Positions 50,401-63,759 of a DNA stretch of 64,000 nt are shown piece after piece. Location of the stretch: contig NC_092396.1 in the NCBI RefSeq assembly GCF_030028105.1, forward strand, positions 40,610,068 to 40,674,067, written 5' to 3'. This stretch comes from Mobula birostris. Taxonomy: Eukaryota. A model generated the notes under the pieces. The model saw only the letters and a list, made by a program, of their open reading frames with translations. It did no database searches and had not been told where the DNA came from. A program made the translations under genes and the position numbers. Numbering within the stretch: position 1 is the stretch's first letter; each line of letters starts with the position of its first letter.

Positions 50401-50984
50401 AGCAAAGCATCACTAAAGACATGGACTTGCAGTAACCCAAAGACTGCTCATTCACCCGGTAATTTGATATACCACAGGCTCTCTCTCTTTCTCTCCCTAA
50501 TAAGGGAAAAAGTGGTGTCTCCCCTCTCGCTGTGAAATAGGGACAAAACATTATAAATCAGCAAGTTGTTTTAAAAAACAAAGTCTGTTGTGTCCCTTTT
50601 TCTGAGCTCTGCGCTCAGAGAGTCCGCTCCAAGGCTCAGGTGTCTGGACAAATAGCCCACGGCAGCTAACCCGCTGCCTCCCATGTTCTGTGTTCTCCCT
50701 TGACATGCCAGTCAGGGTCACCGGCCTTGAATCAGCCTGTCTCCAGAGCCACGAAAATATGGTCTGCAAGTCTTCCAGACTGTGTCATTGAGATACCAAA
50801 AAGCCGTCGGTCGTGAGGCCCTGTGTGTGGGTCCCCTTCCCGCAAAGAGCCGAAGTCAGAGTGTAACTCCAGGTCAGGGTCTCCAACAGCCCCAGTTAAA
50901 GTTCCTGTGTTTAATATCTGAGGGTACTTAACTGCTTTATCTTAGTTTTCTAAGGTCATGAACTAAACCTCCAGTCTGAATAAT

Positions 50985-51560
50985 TTACTGGGGACTTCAA
51001 CTGGTTAGGGTTGACCATGCATATTGTATCCTAGCTGTCTACATGATACACAAGCCAGGGCAGTAGGGTATAGAGAGCAAGCTGTTGCCTATGCAGGAGG
51101 CTACATTTCTCCACACAGTTGATGAATCCAAAGGAACGGCAGAGACTGATTCAATTTGACACCACTGGTACTGCAGGAGTTTCCAGACAGCATTGAACTC
51201 AGAGCAGGACTGTCTTGGGGACTCCAGCTCTGTATTTTTCCCTTGTGGTTTACTCCTGAAGCCTTCCCCATGAGTGAGTATAGCGACAAGGCACTGGAGG
51301 TTTGAGATCAGAGTTTTCCTTCTAGATGAGCTGCCAACCACCCCTAACAAACCCCATCTACCTGAAGTGACTGGTTTTATGGCACCAGTAACCCACCTTT
51401 GCCCCTTCTCCTGTCAGTAGAAATGGTTCGGCCTGGCTTAGTATCTAAGCCACGTGAAGGCCAGGAGCTGGACTTGGATTTCAAAGGCTATTTGAGACGC
51501 ACACTATTGGGAGAATTTAATAAGTAATGGGAGCTAATCACTACCACCACCCCCAGCTAT
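50985..51560 (-). mobile_element. RTE-type non-autonomous element
   Basis: ttttccttctagatgagctgcc...ccccatctacctgaag motif resembles RTE 5' regions. Confidence 0.5.
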
Positions 51561-52273
51561 GAAAACTTGAATGTTAATTCCATATATGTAGTTTTGCATT
51601 CCCTCTTCCTAACTCTTTAAAGTCTTCATTGGTGACCCCATAAGCTCTTAAATGGTTGAATAAATAATTCAAGCTTTGTTGTAATATATGTAGCTCTTAA
51701 TGTTTGCTTTAGCAATGAAGCAAATTTTAATCATCTATTTCATGCCCTGGCCCATAATTTCAAAAGGTTCAAGTTTGATTCTTTTTGGCTTGGCGCCCCA
51801 TCAATGAAATGCTCCCACAACCAATGAACTCATTTTCAAGAGCTTTTCATCTCATGTTCTTGATTCTTATTGCTTATTTATTTATTTATTTATTTATTTA
51901 TTATTGTTGTTTCTTTTTGTATTTGCAGTTCGGTGTCTTCTACATGCTGTTTGAACATACTAGTTGGGTGGTGTTTCATTGATTCTGTTATGGTTATTCG
52001 AAGACTTTTTGAGTATGCCCTCAGGAAAATGAATCTCTGTTGTATATTGTGACATACATGTACTTTGATAATAAATTTACTTTGAACTTTGTACAATGTT
52101 GGTGATTTTTTGCACTTAATGTAATGCTTCCTCATATAAACAATGGCCAGCCGGCACAAGACTACATAAAGGTGTGGGGTAAATTTGGAGAGGAAAGTAA
52201 TGCAGGTGACAACAGCTTAGTAGTGGAGAAAGCTGAGGTTTTCTGCGTTTTGATGTGATTCTGTCTTTTGTAG

Positions 52274-52419
52274 GTGAATGTCAGTGGTTGCACCTTAAGC
52301 TCATAAAGGAGATGCAGAGGTTCTGCAAGTCTCTGTTTCCAGTGGTTGAATATGCATATAGCACAATACCTACATACCCCAGTGGGCAGATTGGCTTCAT
52401 GCTGTGCAGTAAAAATCCT
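52274..52419 (+). CDS. SRM: Spermidine synthase exon 6
   Basis: tgtag|GT...CCT|gtaagt, 146 nt. Encodes [49 protein letters not shown]. Confidence 0.97.
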
Positions 52420-52724
52420 GTAAGTCAAATGTTCTTCGGTTTGTTCTGACAAATTTCTATCTGCTATTTGTGAGTGAGCTGTATTTTAACATCATGTGCT
52501 GTGTTTGGCATTTGTCATTGAATTGAACAGAGAATGGTCAGTATTTGTTGGGCCAATGATTTCTAATGGGTTTGTTGGCAATGCTGCAATATAAGTGAGC
52601 TGGTGCTAAGGCTTATCATGAGGATTAAAAGTAATAGACTGAGGCACTTATGAGAGTACCACAGTCACCTCAATATATTTAGTGTCACTGAGAATATTGA
52701 TGTACAATAAACATTTAATTGTGC

Positions 52725-54237
52725 CAACAACACACACAATGCTGGAGGAACTCGGCAGGCTAGGCAACATCTATGGAAAAGAGTACAGTTGACACTCCAG
52801 GCCTAAATCCTTCAGAACTGGAGTAAAAAAGATGGGGAGTAGATTTTAAAGGTGCAGGAGCAGAAGAAACACAATGTGATAGGTGAAACTGAGAGGGAAC
52901 GTGGTGAAGTAAAGAGCTGGGCAGTTGATTGGTGAAGGAGTTACAGGGCTGGAGAAGGGAGAATAAATAGGAGAGGATAGAAGGCAATAGAAGAAAGAAA
53001 AGGGTAAGGAACAGTAGAGGGAGGTGATGAGCAAGCACAGAGATGAAGGGATGGGGAATGGTGAGGGGGGTGTGGCGTCATTACTGGAAGTTCGAGAAAT
53101 TGATGTTTATGTCATCTGGTTGCCCAGACAAAATATAAGGTGGTGTTCCTCCAACCTGAGTGTAGCCACGTCACGAGAGTAGAGGAAGCCATGGATAGAC
53201 ATATCGGAATGGGAAGTGGAATTAAAATGGGTGGCACCTGCGAGATCCCGCTTCGTCTGGCGGATGGAGCATAGGTGCTCTGAGAAGCAGTCTCCCAACC
53301 CGTGTTGGGACACCGGACGCCACACCAAGAGCACCGGACATAGTATACCACCGCAACAGACTTGCAGGTGAAGTGTCGCCTCACCTGGAAGGACAGTTTG
53401 GGGCCCTGAATGGTAGTGAGGGAGGAGGTGTAAGGGCAGGTGTAGCACTTGTTCCATTTGCAAGGATAAGTGCCAGGAGGGAAATCAGTGGGGAGGGATG
53501 AATGGATAAGGGAGTTGTGTAGAGAACGATCCCTACAGAAGGGGGGGGGGGGGAGGTGAAGGTGGAGATGGCAGAAGTTACGGAGGATTGTGTGCTAGAT
53601 GCAGAGGGTGGTAGGTGAGGACAAGAGGAACCCTATCCCTAGAAGGGTGGTGGGAGGATGGGTTAGGGAAGACGTGTAAAATGGAAGAGATGCGGTTGAG
53701 GGCAGCATTGATGGTGGAGGAAGGGAAGTCCCTTTCTTTGAAAAAGGAGGACATCTCCTTTGTCCCCACCAGCCTCCATGTCACACTTGGGCTGGAGGAA
53801 CAATGTAGTCTCCAACCTGATGACATGAGCATTGATTTCTCGAACTTCTGGTAATTACCCTCCCCAGCCCCCCTTCACCATTCCCCATCCCCATTTGCCT
53901 CTCTCACCTTATCGCTTTGCCTGCCCATCGCCTCGCTCTGGTTCTCCTTCCCTTTTCCTTTCTTCCATGGCCTTCTGTCCTCTACTATTATATTTCCCCT
54001 TTTGCTGTCCTTAATCTGTCACCAATCAATTTCCCAGCTCTTTTCTTCACCCCTTCCCCTCCTGGTTTTGCCTATCACCTCGTGTCTTTCCTGCCCCCTT
54101 GCCCTACCTTTTAAAGCGGCTACTCATATTTTTTTTCTTCAGTTCTGCTGAAGGGTCTCAGCCTGAAACATTTTGACTGTACTCTTCCATAGATGCTGCC
54201 TGGCCTGCTGAGTTCCTCCAACATTTTGTATGTGTTG
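52725..54237. mobile_element. Inverted pair of Penelope 3' fragments in SRM intron 6 (minus ~52725-53765, plus ~53765-54237)
   Basis: GIY-YIG remnant ORFs 53107-53463 (-). The two outer terminal repeats are reverse complements of each other. Confidence 0.85.
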
Positions 54238-54583
54238 CAGATCAGCATTTGTTAGCGCAGACAAATGTGTAAATATCACAGTGACCATATGAAAATGTGA
54301 CACTCTCAACACGCTGGAAGATTTAAACTTCTTCAGAGTAGTACTGCTGACTAAATACGTATGTGTGAATTCAACACACTCTTGCTTTGAAGTGGTTTGT
54401 TTAAACATTTCAAAGCAAGTTTGAGGTCAAACAGACTGCTGGTTTCAGTGGTGAAAGGTACACCTGTACCTACCAATGTTAAAAAAAACTTGTGTGCTTG
54501 TCATTAAAATTAAAGTAAAAGTACTTTACAGAATTTTCATGTTTTTGTTGTAGCATAAACTAATTCATTGGATTATTTCACAG

Positions 54584-54706
54584 GAGACAAATTTTCGTGA
54601 ACCAGTACGGCAGCTGTCAGCTGATGAAGTGAATAGGATGCAAATGAAATATTACAATGCAGAAATGCATAGGGCTGCATTTGTTCTTCCAGAGTTTGCC
54701 AGAAAG
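54584..54706 (+). CDS. SRM: Spermidine synthase exon 7
   Basis: cacag|GAG...AAG|gtaat, 123 nt. Encodes [41 protein letters not shown]. Confidence 0.97.
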
Positions 54707-55361
54707 GTAATCCTACTGGGTATTTCTGACAAGTTTGAAGTCTACGATGGTTTTTAGTACTTTTCCCAACAAGGAATTTTAAATGCTTTATGTTTCTACC
54801 CCAAACTCCTTATTCTTCTGTCACATTGTTGGCAAAGCTCTAATCACACATACCAATGTGAAATGTTATCCCTGGTCATTCCTCTTGCCTTTGCAATGCA
54901 AGCTTTGTATTCCAGTTTGTGATTATCCTTTCCAACTAAAAACTTCCCTTGCTCAGACATTGCTTCTTGTTCTGGTTAATTTAGAAGCTCCCATATCAAA
55001 ATTTAGAAAGCAAAAATTTCCTGCCTAACTTAATGTTTTCGGTGTTGGGTTTTATTACAACAATTCCTGCCACTCACTTCTGGAAGGCTTTGACATTTCA
55101 ATATATAAATTCAAATAACACTGCCATGTAGAACCTCTTTTTTCACATTTTAGAAATTGTTTGCCTTCTGTGATTCCTAGTTCAGTCAAAATGGAAATTT
55201 ATTTCCAGCTGGCACCATTTTCAGATAAGTGAACTTTTGTTATTTCCAGAATATTTCCGAAGTTTCTGAGATTGTAGTCTGTAAATCTTCTGAAATTTGG
55301 AAAAGAGATTTTAAAAGTGAATTCTTGCATCAGTATAATTTTTTTTCTGTTCATCTTGCAG

Positions 55362-55379
55362 GCTCTTAGTGATGCATAA
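55362..55379 (+). CDS. SRM: Spermidine synthase exon 8 (terminal coding part)
   Basis: ttgcag|GCT CTT AGT GAT GCA TAA = ALSDA*, similar to human ALNDVS*. The eight exons sum to 870 nt (289 aa plus stop). Confidence 0.92.
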   Translation, partial: ALSDA

Positions 55380-55795
55380 AGATAACTCCACTGCTCACTG
55401 TTAATTACTGTCAATACTGGAAAGTGTTTAAAAGTTTATCATCAATTTATAGTGCTGCAGTTACCTACCATACAGCATATTAACCCTTTCCTGTCTTCAG
55501 AGAGGGAAAACTATGATTTTTACTGCTTAGGAGGCACGGAAATAGCAACACTTGATAGAAGACTGAACTTCAGTAACTTTTACAAAGGAGAAGACTACCT
55601 GCCTTGTGATTTCCAGAACACTGGGTGATTTCTTGAAGATTTGGTCAACTGTACTATGAACCTCCTGAACCTGTTGTCAACTGACTAATCGGTAACCTGG
55701 ATTTGTACGTGCTTCACATTACAGCAGATTGCTGAAACTTTGGTCTGTGATGGTTCTAGATTGGAAAGGATTAAAATTTTATCAAAAAAAAACTA

Positions 55796-58700
55796 AATAA
55801 AAATCCAACTATCTAATGTTTAGAACTTGGAATTGTGTGAAAACTTTTGGCATTAAGTGTGTGGGAACCGTGAATCATATGAAAATCCTGCTCAATTTTG
55901 TCTTAACAGCATGCTTATTCTTTTAAAATATTTTGTCTCTTGTAGGATTCACTACAGTTGTACTGATTTAGCAACAGACATTTGGCTAATTATGGAATGG
56001 ATTGTCTTGATTTTGACCCTCTTTTTTTAAAATACCCATTTTCTTCCCCTTCACCTTAACCTCTCACTTTATTTTGTCTCTCTTCTCACCCCTTCCTGCC
56101 CCACCCAACTGAGCCTTGAATGCATTTAAATTATTGTAAGGTAAATTCAAACTGGCTTTCATTTTTTCCTTGCATGCAAACATTTGTGATGAAGCTCTTC
56201 TTTTCCATTCCAGTTAAGCCTATAACTTTGTATGTTATAATGGGATGGATGAAGTTTAATGTATATGCAGGAGCATGTGTTTACTTCATTAGAGGAACTC
56301 ATCTTTAGACTAATTGAACTTGACAGGGAAATATTAAGATGGCCAGGGAGGTGGTGGTGGAGGAAGACATAATTGATAGCAACTCCAAATAATTCTCTAG
56401 GCCCAATACAGTAACTTTGTGGTCAAATTGAAACTTTTCAGAAGGAGCAAGTGAATTTCAGCATTTGATGTGGAAGGCTAAGTACACCTTCTGGTAGTTT
56501 AATTTATTGGCCTATCGGCCAAAGTTTCTTAAACATTTAAAATCTTGGACTATTAATTGCACACCCCCATTTAGAGGGGAAATCCCCAGGGAATTATTAT
56601 TAAAATGATTGTTTATTCAATGTTCACTTAACAGCTGCTATTTTACCAGGGCTCTTCTAATTATTTTAAAGTGGGATAAATATCTTTAGACCTCATTATC
56701 CCACAATATAATTTGAAAGCAATTTGTTTTCTAAATGGAGACCTGCTGGTTTGGGCTCCTCCTCTGTATTTGACCATTTTGATCTCACTAAAGAGAACAT
56801 CCTTCATAATGTCAATAAGTGCCCTGGGGTCAGCACCTTCAGACTAGCATGGAAAAACTGCTCTCCTATCTGAGAAGCACTCAATAACTTATCTAAGTTC
56901 AGAAGAAATGGGTCAGGTCTCATTAAGTACAATCTCGATTGCTTCAAGTAGAGCTGATGTTTTTCTATATTATGGTTTATGGAAGTTCCAACTTCCCTTG
57001 GTCTCCATTCAGGTGGTGATGTATATTAGGTAATTATGTGTAATAGGCAATAATGCTTTATTTAAAAAAAAATAATTTTTCTACCTCTCCAAAAAAAACT
57101 TGATTTGGCCCAAGCACCATGTGTTGTTCATAATTTTGATATTTCTTTAAAGGCAGATTATTGTGTGCTAATTATCAGACCAATTAATGAAAACTGGAAT
57201 GTGACCTCAAAATCTAGGAGACAAATTCTGAAGTGCACCGATTTTTAATTTATTTAAGACCTTTGTTTAAAGTATCTTTAATCTGGTTACTATTACATAG
57301 AAAATAATCCTGTCACGAAAAAGACTTGAATATTTTAGAATTTAATACTATAAGAAGGGGGGGGGGCTTTTCTCTATTCAGACACTCAGTCTATCTGATA
57401 TTTTAAATCAAACTAATGTTTAAACTTGGAAAAACCAATCCATGCTTTTTATTCTGTTTACATTTCCACAATCAAATATTGTACGTACTTTGAAGTTTTA
57501 TGCACCAGCTTGTATATATATATATCTGAAATCTACAGTCATTAATATATATTTGAAATAAAGCAATACTGATCCATGGTGAATCCCATGATGTGTCCCT
57601 CAGAGTCAAACAATATTTCCCCACTACTATTTACTCTGTTTTGGTCAATTTTCCATCCACACTCTTTCAGCCTTCTATTTCATTGTGATAGCAAGTCTTG
57701 TGTGGCACTTTATTGAATAACGTTTGCAAGTTCATGCTGCACTTCAACCAGGTTTCCCTTATCCATTCTGTACTCCATCAAAACATTCTGCAGTTGTCTT
57801 ACAATTCTTTAAAGAATTTCCCCAAATTATTTATGTATTTTCAGAGTGCTCCAAAAATTGATGGTTAATGTAAGACCATCTCTCATTGAAGAAATTGCTT
57901 AACTGAATGGAATACAATGGCTGTAGCTTCAGTTTCAAGAAATGGCGGAGAGAACTGGCTTTTGTTTTTTAAAATAGGTTTGAGTATTGAGGTTTCTTTG
58001 TAGCACTTACTATTTATGGACTCTAGTAAGTTTGATTTTAGGTGCCTATAATTCTGTAAGACAGCAATTGTGCAGGTCTTGTTGCTGATGGCTTATACTA
58101 ATGAACACAAGCTTGCACATCCTGTTAGAAATAGTTGCTTGGAAACCATACAGTTGGTCAAAAATACCACAATGAATGAGACTTGGAATGCACTAGGGTC
58201 AATTTCAAAGAAACTTCTTTGCATCTACCTGTATATCTTGTCCAGGGATGCGTAATGCTGACGTCACATGTCTGAAGTAGGATAGATGTCTTAATACCCA
58301 AGCACCCTTCCATCACCTTGAACGCAATTACCTTAAAAGAACCTATATGGAGTTTGAACTATTGCAACACTGTATGTAGTGCATAATCTCTGATCAGTAA
58401 TAGCGTACTTGAATGCCCCTTAGGTCAGTAAATATTTTAATTGGACTGAAAATTGTAAGTTTCTAACTCAGTGGAAAATGATGAAAGTATGGGCATTTCT
58501 AAAAAGCTGACTTTATTGTAACGTAGGACTTGAGTATAAACTGGTTAATAATACCAAATACTGTTCATGATTCTTTGATCAAAATTTATTATCTGTTTGG
58601 TACTTAATGTATGACAGTGCCTTGCTTAATATTATTCACTGCTGTAGTTTTCATTGCCTTTAATTTTTTTCCCTGTTCCACCTAGTTGATGATAGTTCTT

Positions 58701-58905
58701 CTTCATAGGTCTTGAAATGTAATTAAAATGACAGCTGTTATTTTTTCCTTCAGAGTCTTGGGGTAATGCTGGGAGGAGTCCTGTGAATGTGAAAATGTTA
58801 TGAAAATGAATATGAATCAGTCTATGCATGTTGAGGGGGAAAGTGTCAGTAACATTTCACTGAAGTCTCTGGAATCTCATCTGTTTCATTACAGTCTCCA
58901 ATAAA
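55796..58905 (+). terminator. SRM: SRM candidate polyadenylation signals
   Basis: AATAAA at 55796-55801, 57557-57562 (TGTA motifs upstream) and 58900-58905. Which one is used cannot be read from the DNA. Confidence 0.5.
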
Positions 58906-59387
58906 ATGTTCCTCTTAAACAATTCACTGTCAGATCTTCATTCTGAGAGATTTTCCTATTTCAATTATTGCATTGGCTCCAGTGACCTTCCGTATGCTGT
59001 GGTTGTGCAAGTAATTATGTAGAAAGAGAGCCTGCATCAAGGAGTGTGATTTCTCAAAGGGATTTTTGTTATGTTTGTTGAATACTGTTTCACTAGCTTC
59101 TTGTGAGCAATATTAATTGATTTATACATTTAATACAACTAATTACTACAATTTAATATAATACATTTCTAAAATGTACAATTAATTGATTTATACATTT
59201 AATACAATTAATACATTTCTAAAATGTACAATTAATTGTATTGGATTTTCAATTTGAATGGCTTTTTGTTTGGCTCGTTCATTTTGTGAGTTAACAACAA
59301 AGCCTCAGTCCCATTACCCATACGTGAACATTGACTTCATCTCCAATGAGTTGAAAGCTAGAGGGCAAATTGTCTTAGCAGCATAAA

Positions 59388-59602
59388 CTAAATGCAGGAG
59401 GAACTCAGCAGGCCCAGCAGCATCTATGGAAAAGAGTACAGTCGACGTTTCGGGCCAAAACCCTTCAGCAGGACTCAGTGAAGGGTCTCGGCCTGAAAGG
59501 TCAATTGTATGCTTTTTCATAGATGCTGCTCGGCCCGCTGAGTTCCTCCAGCATGTTGTGTGTGTTGCTTGGATTTCCAGCATCCACAGATTTTCTCTTG
59601 TT
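59388..59602. mobile_element. Palindromic Penelope terminal-repeat element with two opposed hammerhead-like motifs
   Basis: ggaggaactcagcaggcccagcagcatctatggaaaag...cccttca pairs with tgaaggg...tttttcatagatgctgctcggcccgctgagttcctcc. Minus-strand motif agtc-CTGCTGA-agggttttggccc-GAAA-cg-TC-gactg at 59439-59475. Confidence 0.8.
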
Positions 59603-59679
59603 TATGGGTAAATTGTCTTTGCCCCTTTATAACAATCAGAAAACAATGAAACAAAACAGCTTTATAATTAACTACATCA

Positions 59680-61600
59680 AGCCCATAAGACATAGGAGCA
59701 GAGTTAGGCTATTTGGCCCATTGAATGTGTTCCTTCATTCCATCTTGGCTGATTTTGTTCACTCAACCTCATTCCCCTGCCTTCTCCCTGTAACCCTTGA
59801 TGCCCTTACTAATCAAAAACCTATCAACCCCTCTTTAAATATACCCAATCACTGGGTCTCCACAGCCATCTAGCAATGAATTCCACAGAACCCCGCTGTA
59901 AATATACCCAATCACTGGGTCTCCACAGCCATCTAGCAATGAATTCCACAGATTCACCATCCTCGTTAAAATTCCTCAATTCTGCTCTAAAGGAACATCC
60001 TTCTATTCTAAGGCTGTGCCCTGTGCTGCTAGGTTTCCCAGCTATAGGAATCATCCATCTAGGACTTTAAATATTTGGTAGATTTCAGCAAGATCCACTC
60101 ATCCATGTTCTAAGTACAGGCCCAGGGCCATCAAATGCTCCTAATATGTTAACTGTTAACAGGATTATTCTTGTAAACCTCTTCTGGACCGTATCCTAGA
60201 CAAGGGGCCCAAAGCTGCTCTCAGTACACCAGGTGTCATCTAACCAATGCCTCGTCAAACCTGAGCATTGCATCCTTGCTTTCATATTTTAGTCTACTCA
60301 AATTGAATGCTAATATTGCATTTGTCTTCCTTATCATTGACTCAACCTGCAAGCTAGCTTTTGGAGAACCTTGCACAAGAATGCCTACATCCCTTTGGTC
60401 CTGTTATTTCTAAATTTGCTCCCCATTTAGAAAATAGTGTACACCTTTATTCCTTCTACTCTTCCGTACACTGTGTTCCATCTGCCACTTTGCCCATTCT
60501 CCTAATCTATCCAAGTCCTTATGCAGACTCCCTGCTTCCTCAACACCACCTGCCTGTCCACCCATCTCTCTATTGTTTGTAAACATGACCACGAAGCCAT
60601 TATATGTCATAATTTGGATGACAGATTAAAGTGAAAAGGAGGGGTCCCATAACTGACTCTGCGAAACAGCACTAGTACCAGCAGCCAACAAGGAAAGGCC
60701 CCTTTTATTCCCAATCTTTGCCTCCTGCCAGGCAGCCAATCGTTAATCTGTGCTAGTATATTACCTAAAGAAGCATGGACACCTGTGTGCGGCACCTTTT
60801 CCAAGTCCTTTTTAGAATCCAAGCAAATAACATCCATTGACTTCTTTGTCTCTCCTACCTGTTATTTCATCAAAAAATTCCAACAGATTTGTCAGGCAAG
60901 ATGTCTCTTTAAGGAAACTATGCTGACTTTGGCTTATTTTATCAGGTGCCTCCAAGTACTCAGAAACCTCATCCTTTATAATGGACTCCAATATCTTATC
61001 AACTACTGAAGCCAGGCTAATTGCCTATAATTTCCTATCTTTTGCCTCCTTAAAAAATGGAGTGACACTTGCGATTTTCCAGTCCTCCAGACCATTCCAA
61101 AATCTAGTGTTTCTTGATAGATCACTACTTAATGCATCCACAATCTCTTCAGCTCCCTCTTTCAGAAACCCTGGGGAGTAGTCCATCTCATCTTGGTGAC
61201 TTGACTACCTTCAGACCTTACAGTTTCTGTCACCCTTTTCCTTATTAATAACAACTACAGTACTATCACTCCTGCCCCCGGAAACTTGAATTTCTGGCGT
61301 ACTGCTAGTGTCTTCTACATTGGAGACTGACACATTACTTATTAAGTTCATATGCCATTTTTGTCACCCATTACTACTACAGCATCATTTTCTAGAAGTC
61401 TGATATCCTCTCTCACCTCTCTTTTACACTATATATCTGGGGGAAAAGCTTTTGGTATCCTCTTTTATATTATTAGTTAGCTTACATTCATTTTGTCATT
61501 TTTTAAAATTGCCTTCTATGGTTTTTAAAAGGTTCCTAATCCTCTAGCTTTTCCTCTTTTGCTTTTATGCTGCCTTTGACTTGCTTTCTTAGCCACATTC
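59680..61600 (-). mobile_element. Degenerate CR1 with an internal 63-bp tandem duplication (59826-59951)
   Basis: DVICLDSKKDLEKVPH RT remnant and a cataagacataggagc tail. Confidence 0.8.
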
Positions 61601-61994
61601 CACCTGAAAATGTTCTTGCTATCATATCTTATCAAATTCTGGTTTTATGTTGTGCCACAATGGAATGTTTGATATTTATTCAAATGTTTGGTGTATACAG
61701 TAATCTGACTGCACTCTTAAGACCAAATGATATAGGAGCAAAATTAGGCAAACAATGCAGTTGTTCATGGAGAATAAAACATCAAATTCCACTTATTTTT
61801 CTCATTTAGCAACACCTTTTGATTTTTACTCCTTTCACTATTTGATAAGGTATCCCTTTTGAGCTTGTGACTGATTCTTCCGAGTTTCAAAATTTTTGAC
61901 AATGATTTCTACCTTTTTTGACTGTATTAAGTTTAAAAAGTGAATGTTTATCCTGTGTTTTAAGACATCTGAAAACATTTTCATCCTCAATCAG

Positions 61995-63340
61995 TAGACT
62001 CCGGACTGCAGGCTCGGGCCATGGCTGCAGTTTCCCTTTAAGGAAATGTAGAAAGCATGCTGGGCTGCACGTAAGATTGATTCACAGGGCCCTAAGGCTC
62101 CCACTCCCTACGGTCCTATTGGCTAATATACAGAAAATAAAACTGAAGACTTCAGAGCAGGATTGCAGTACCAGACATCAGGGACCACTGTGTACTTTGC
62201 TTCTCAGAAACATGGCTAGCCCCCAGCATTCCTAAGGGCTTCACCTTCCACCATATGGACAGGACATTTAAAGGTAGCAGGGCAGAATTTGCCTTATGGT
62301 TAACTCTTCGTGGTATAGAGACATGGTGGTTATTCCTCAGTTATACTCACCTGACCTGGAATATCTAGTGATCAAGAGTCCATTTTATCTGCCGAGGGAG
62401 TTTTCCGCAATCATCCTGATATCAGTGTACCTTCCACCCCGGTAAATGTCAGGTAGGTACTGGAAGAGCTGACCACTGCAATCAACAGACATGAAATGGC
62501 GCACCCTGGTGCTTCCTGTATCATTGTGGGGAAATACAACCAGCCCAGCTTGAGTAAGTCTTGACTACCCACCAAGTTATCACCTGTGAATTCAAAGGAG
62601 CCAACACATTTGGAAATTGTTACACCACTGTCAGGAACGCTTACTGTGCCATCTCATACCTGCACTTTGGCAAGTCTAATCATCTGGCTGTAATACTGTT
62701 GCCAGTGTATATGCAGTGATTGAGAACAGCAGCACCAGTGGTGAAAACTGCAAATGTATGGTCAAAGGAGTCAGGGGGAGCTTATAGGTCTGCTTCAAAT
62801 CAGTAGACTGGATAGTATTCAGGGATTCATCTTCAAATCCGAATGAATATGACACAGTTACCGACTTCACAAAAAGCATGTCTCTTTGAAAACATACTGG
62901 CCATACCCAAGCCAAAAGCTATGGAGGAGTCACTGCACAGAATTTAGTAAAGCTTCAGAGAATTGTAAACTCAATCAGCTCCATCAAGGGCACTAAACTT
63001 CCCAATAAAGAGGACATCTCCAGAAGACGATGTCTCAAAAGGCAGCATCCGTCATTAAGAATGTCTGTTACTCTAGACATGCTCTCTCTTTATTATTACC
63101 ATCAGGGAAGAAGTACAAGAGCCTGAACACACACTCAACAATTTAGGAACAGTGTCTATGCTCGTGCCGTCAGATCTCTAAACAGATAATGAACCCATGA
63201 ACGTCACCTTACTACTTTTGTTCTATTTTTTCCATTTCCTGTTTAATTTTTTATTGTTTCTTACTGTAATTTAAGTATTGTACTGCAATGTGCAAAACAA
63301 CAAATTTCACAAAGTCAGTGATATTAAATCTGATTCTGAA
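61995..63340 (+). mobile_element. Internally deleted Rex1/Babar-type LINE
   Basis: LPLPTVLLAN start of the endonuclease, ggcaagtctaatcat (SDH-like) block, RT C-terminal remnant and a TCTGAT tail. Confidence 0.7.
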
Positions 63341-63759
63341 GAAGAAAAATGCAAATACAAGTCAACCTGTAAATTAGATTGAAAATGGAATGAGTGCTAT
63401 GGGATCTATTTACAATTTAACTCCATACTTCAGATTAGAGATCATTTCTGTGTGCTGTTCATATTACCATGACTATTCTCATTATCAGATGAGCAGCTAT
63501 TTTATTACGAGCTTTTCAAATCAGCGATAGACCTGTTATCCCTTTAAAATTTATTTTTTCGATTAAGATAATGATGAATTGATCTTATCCTGATTTCTTA
63601 TAGCTTTCCACTCTCCCAAAGATTCAAATATACTCAGATCAGAGGTGAATTTTAATGATTCTCTCCTTCCCGCTCTCTGGGGTAGGAAAATGCAATGACT
63701 TGGGACTTGAGCGCTCTCTGAAATGGTGACTTCTTTCTCTGATGTTTATTTTTATTTAT

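Noticed and set aside
54581-54586. NAGNAG (CAGGAG) alternative acceptor at SRM exon 7
   Set aside because: GAG is a poor acceptor and the sequence gives no evidence that it is used.
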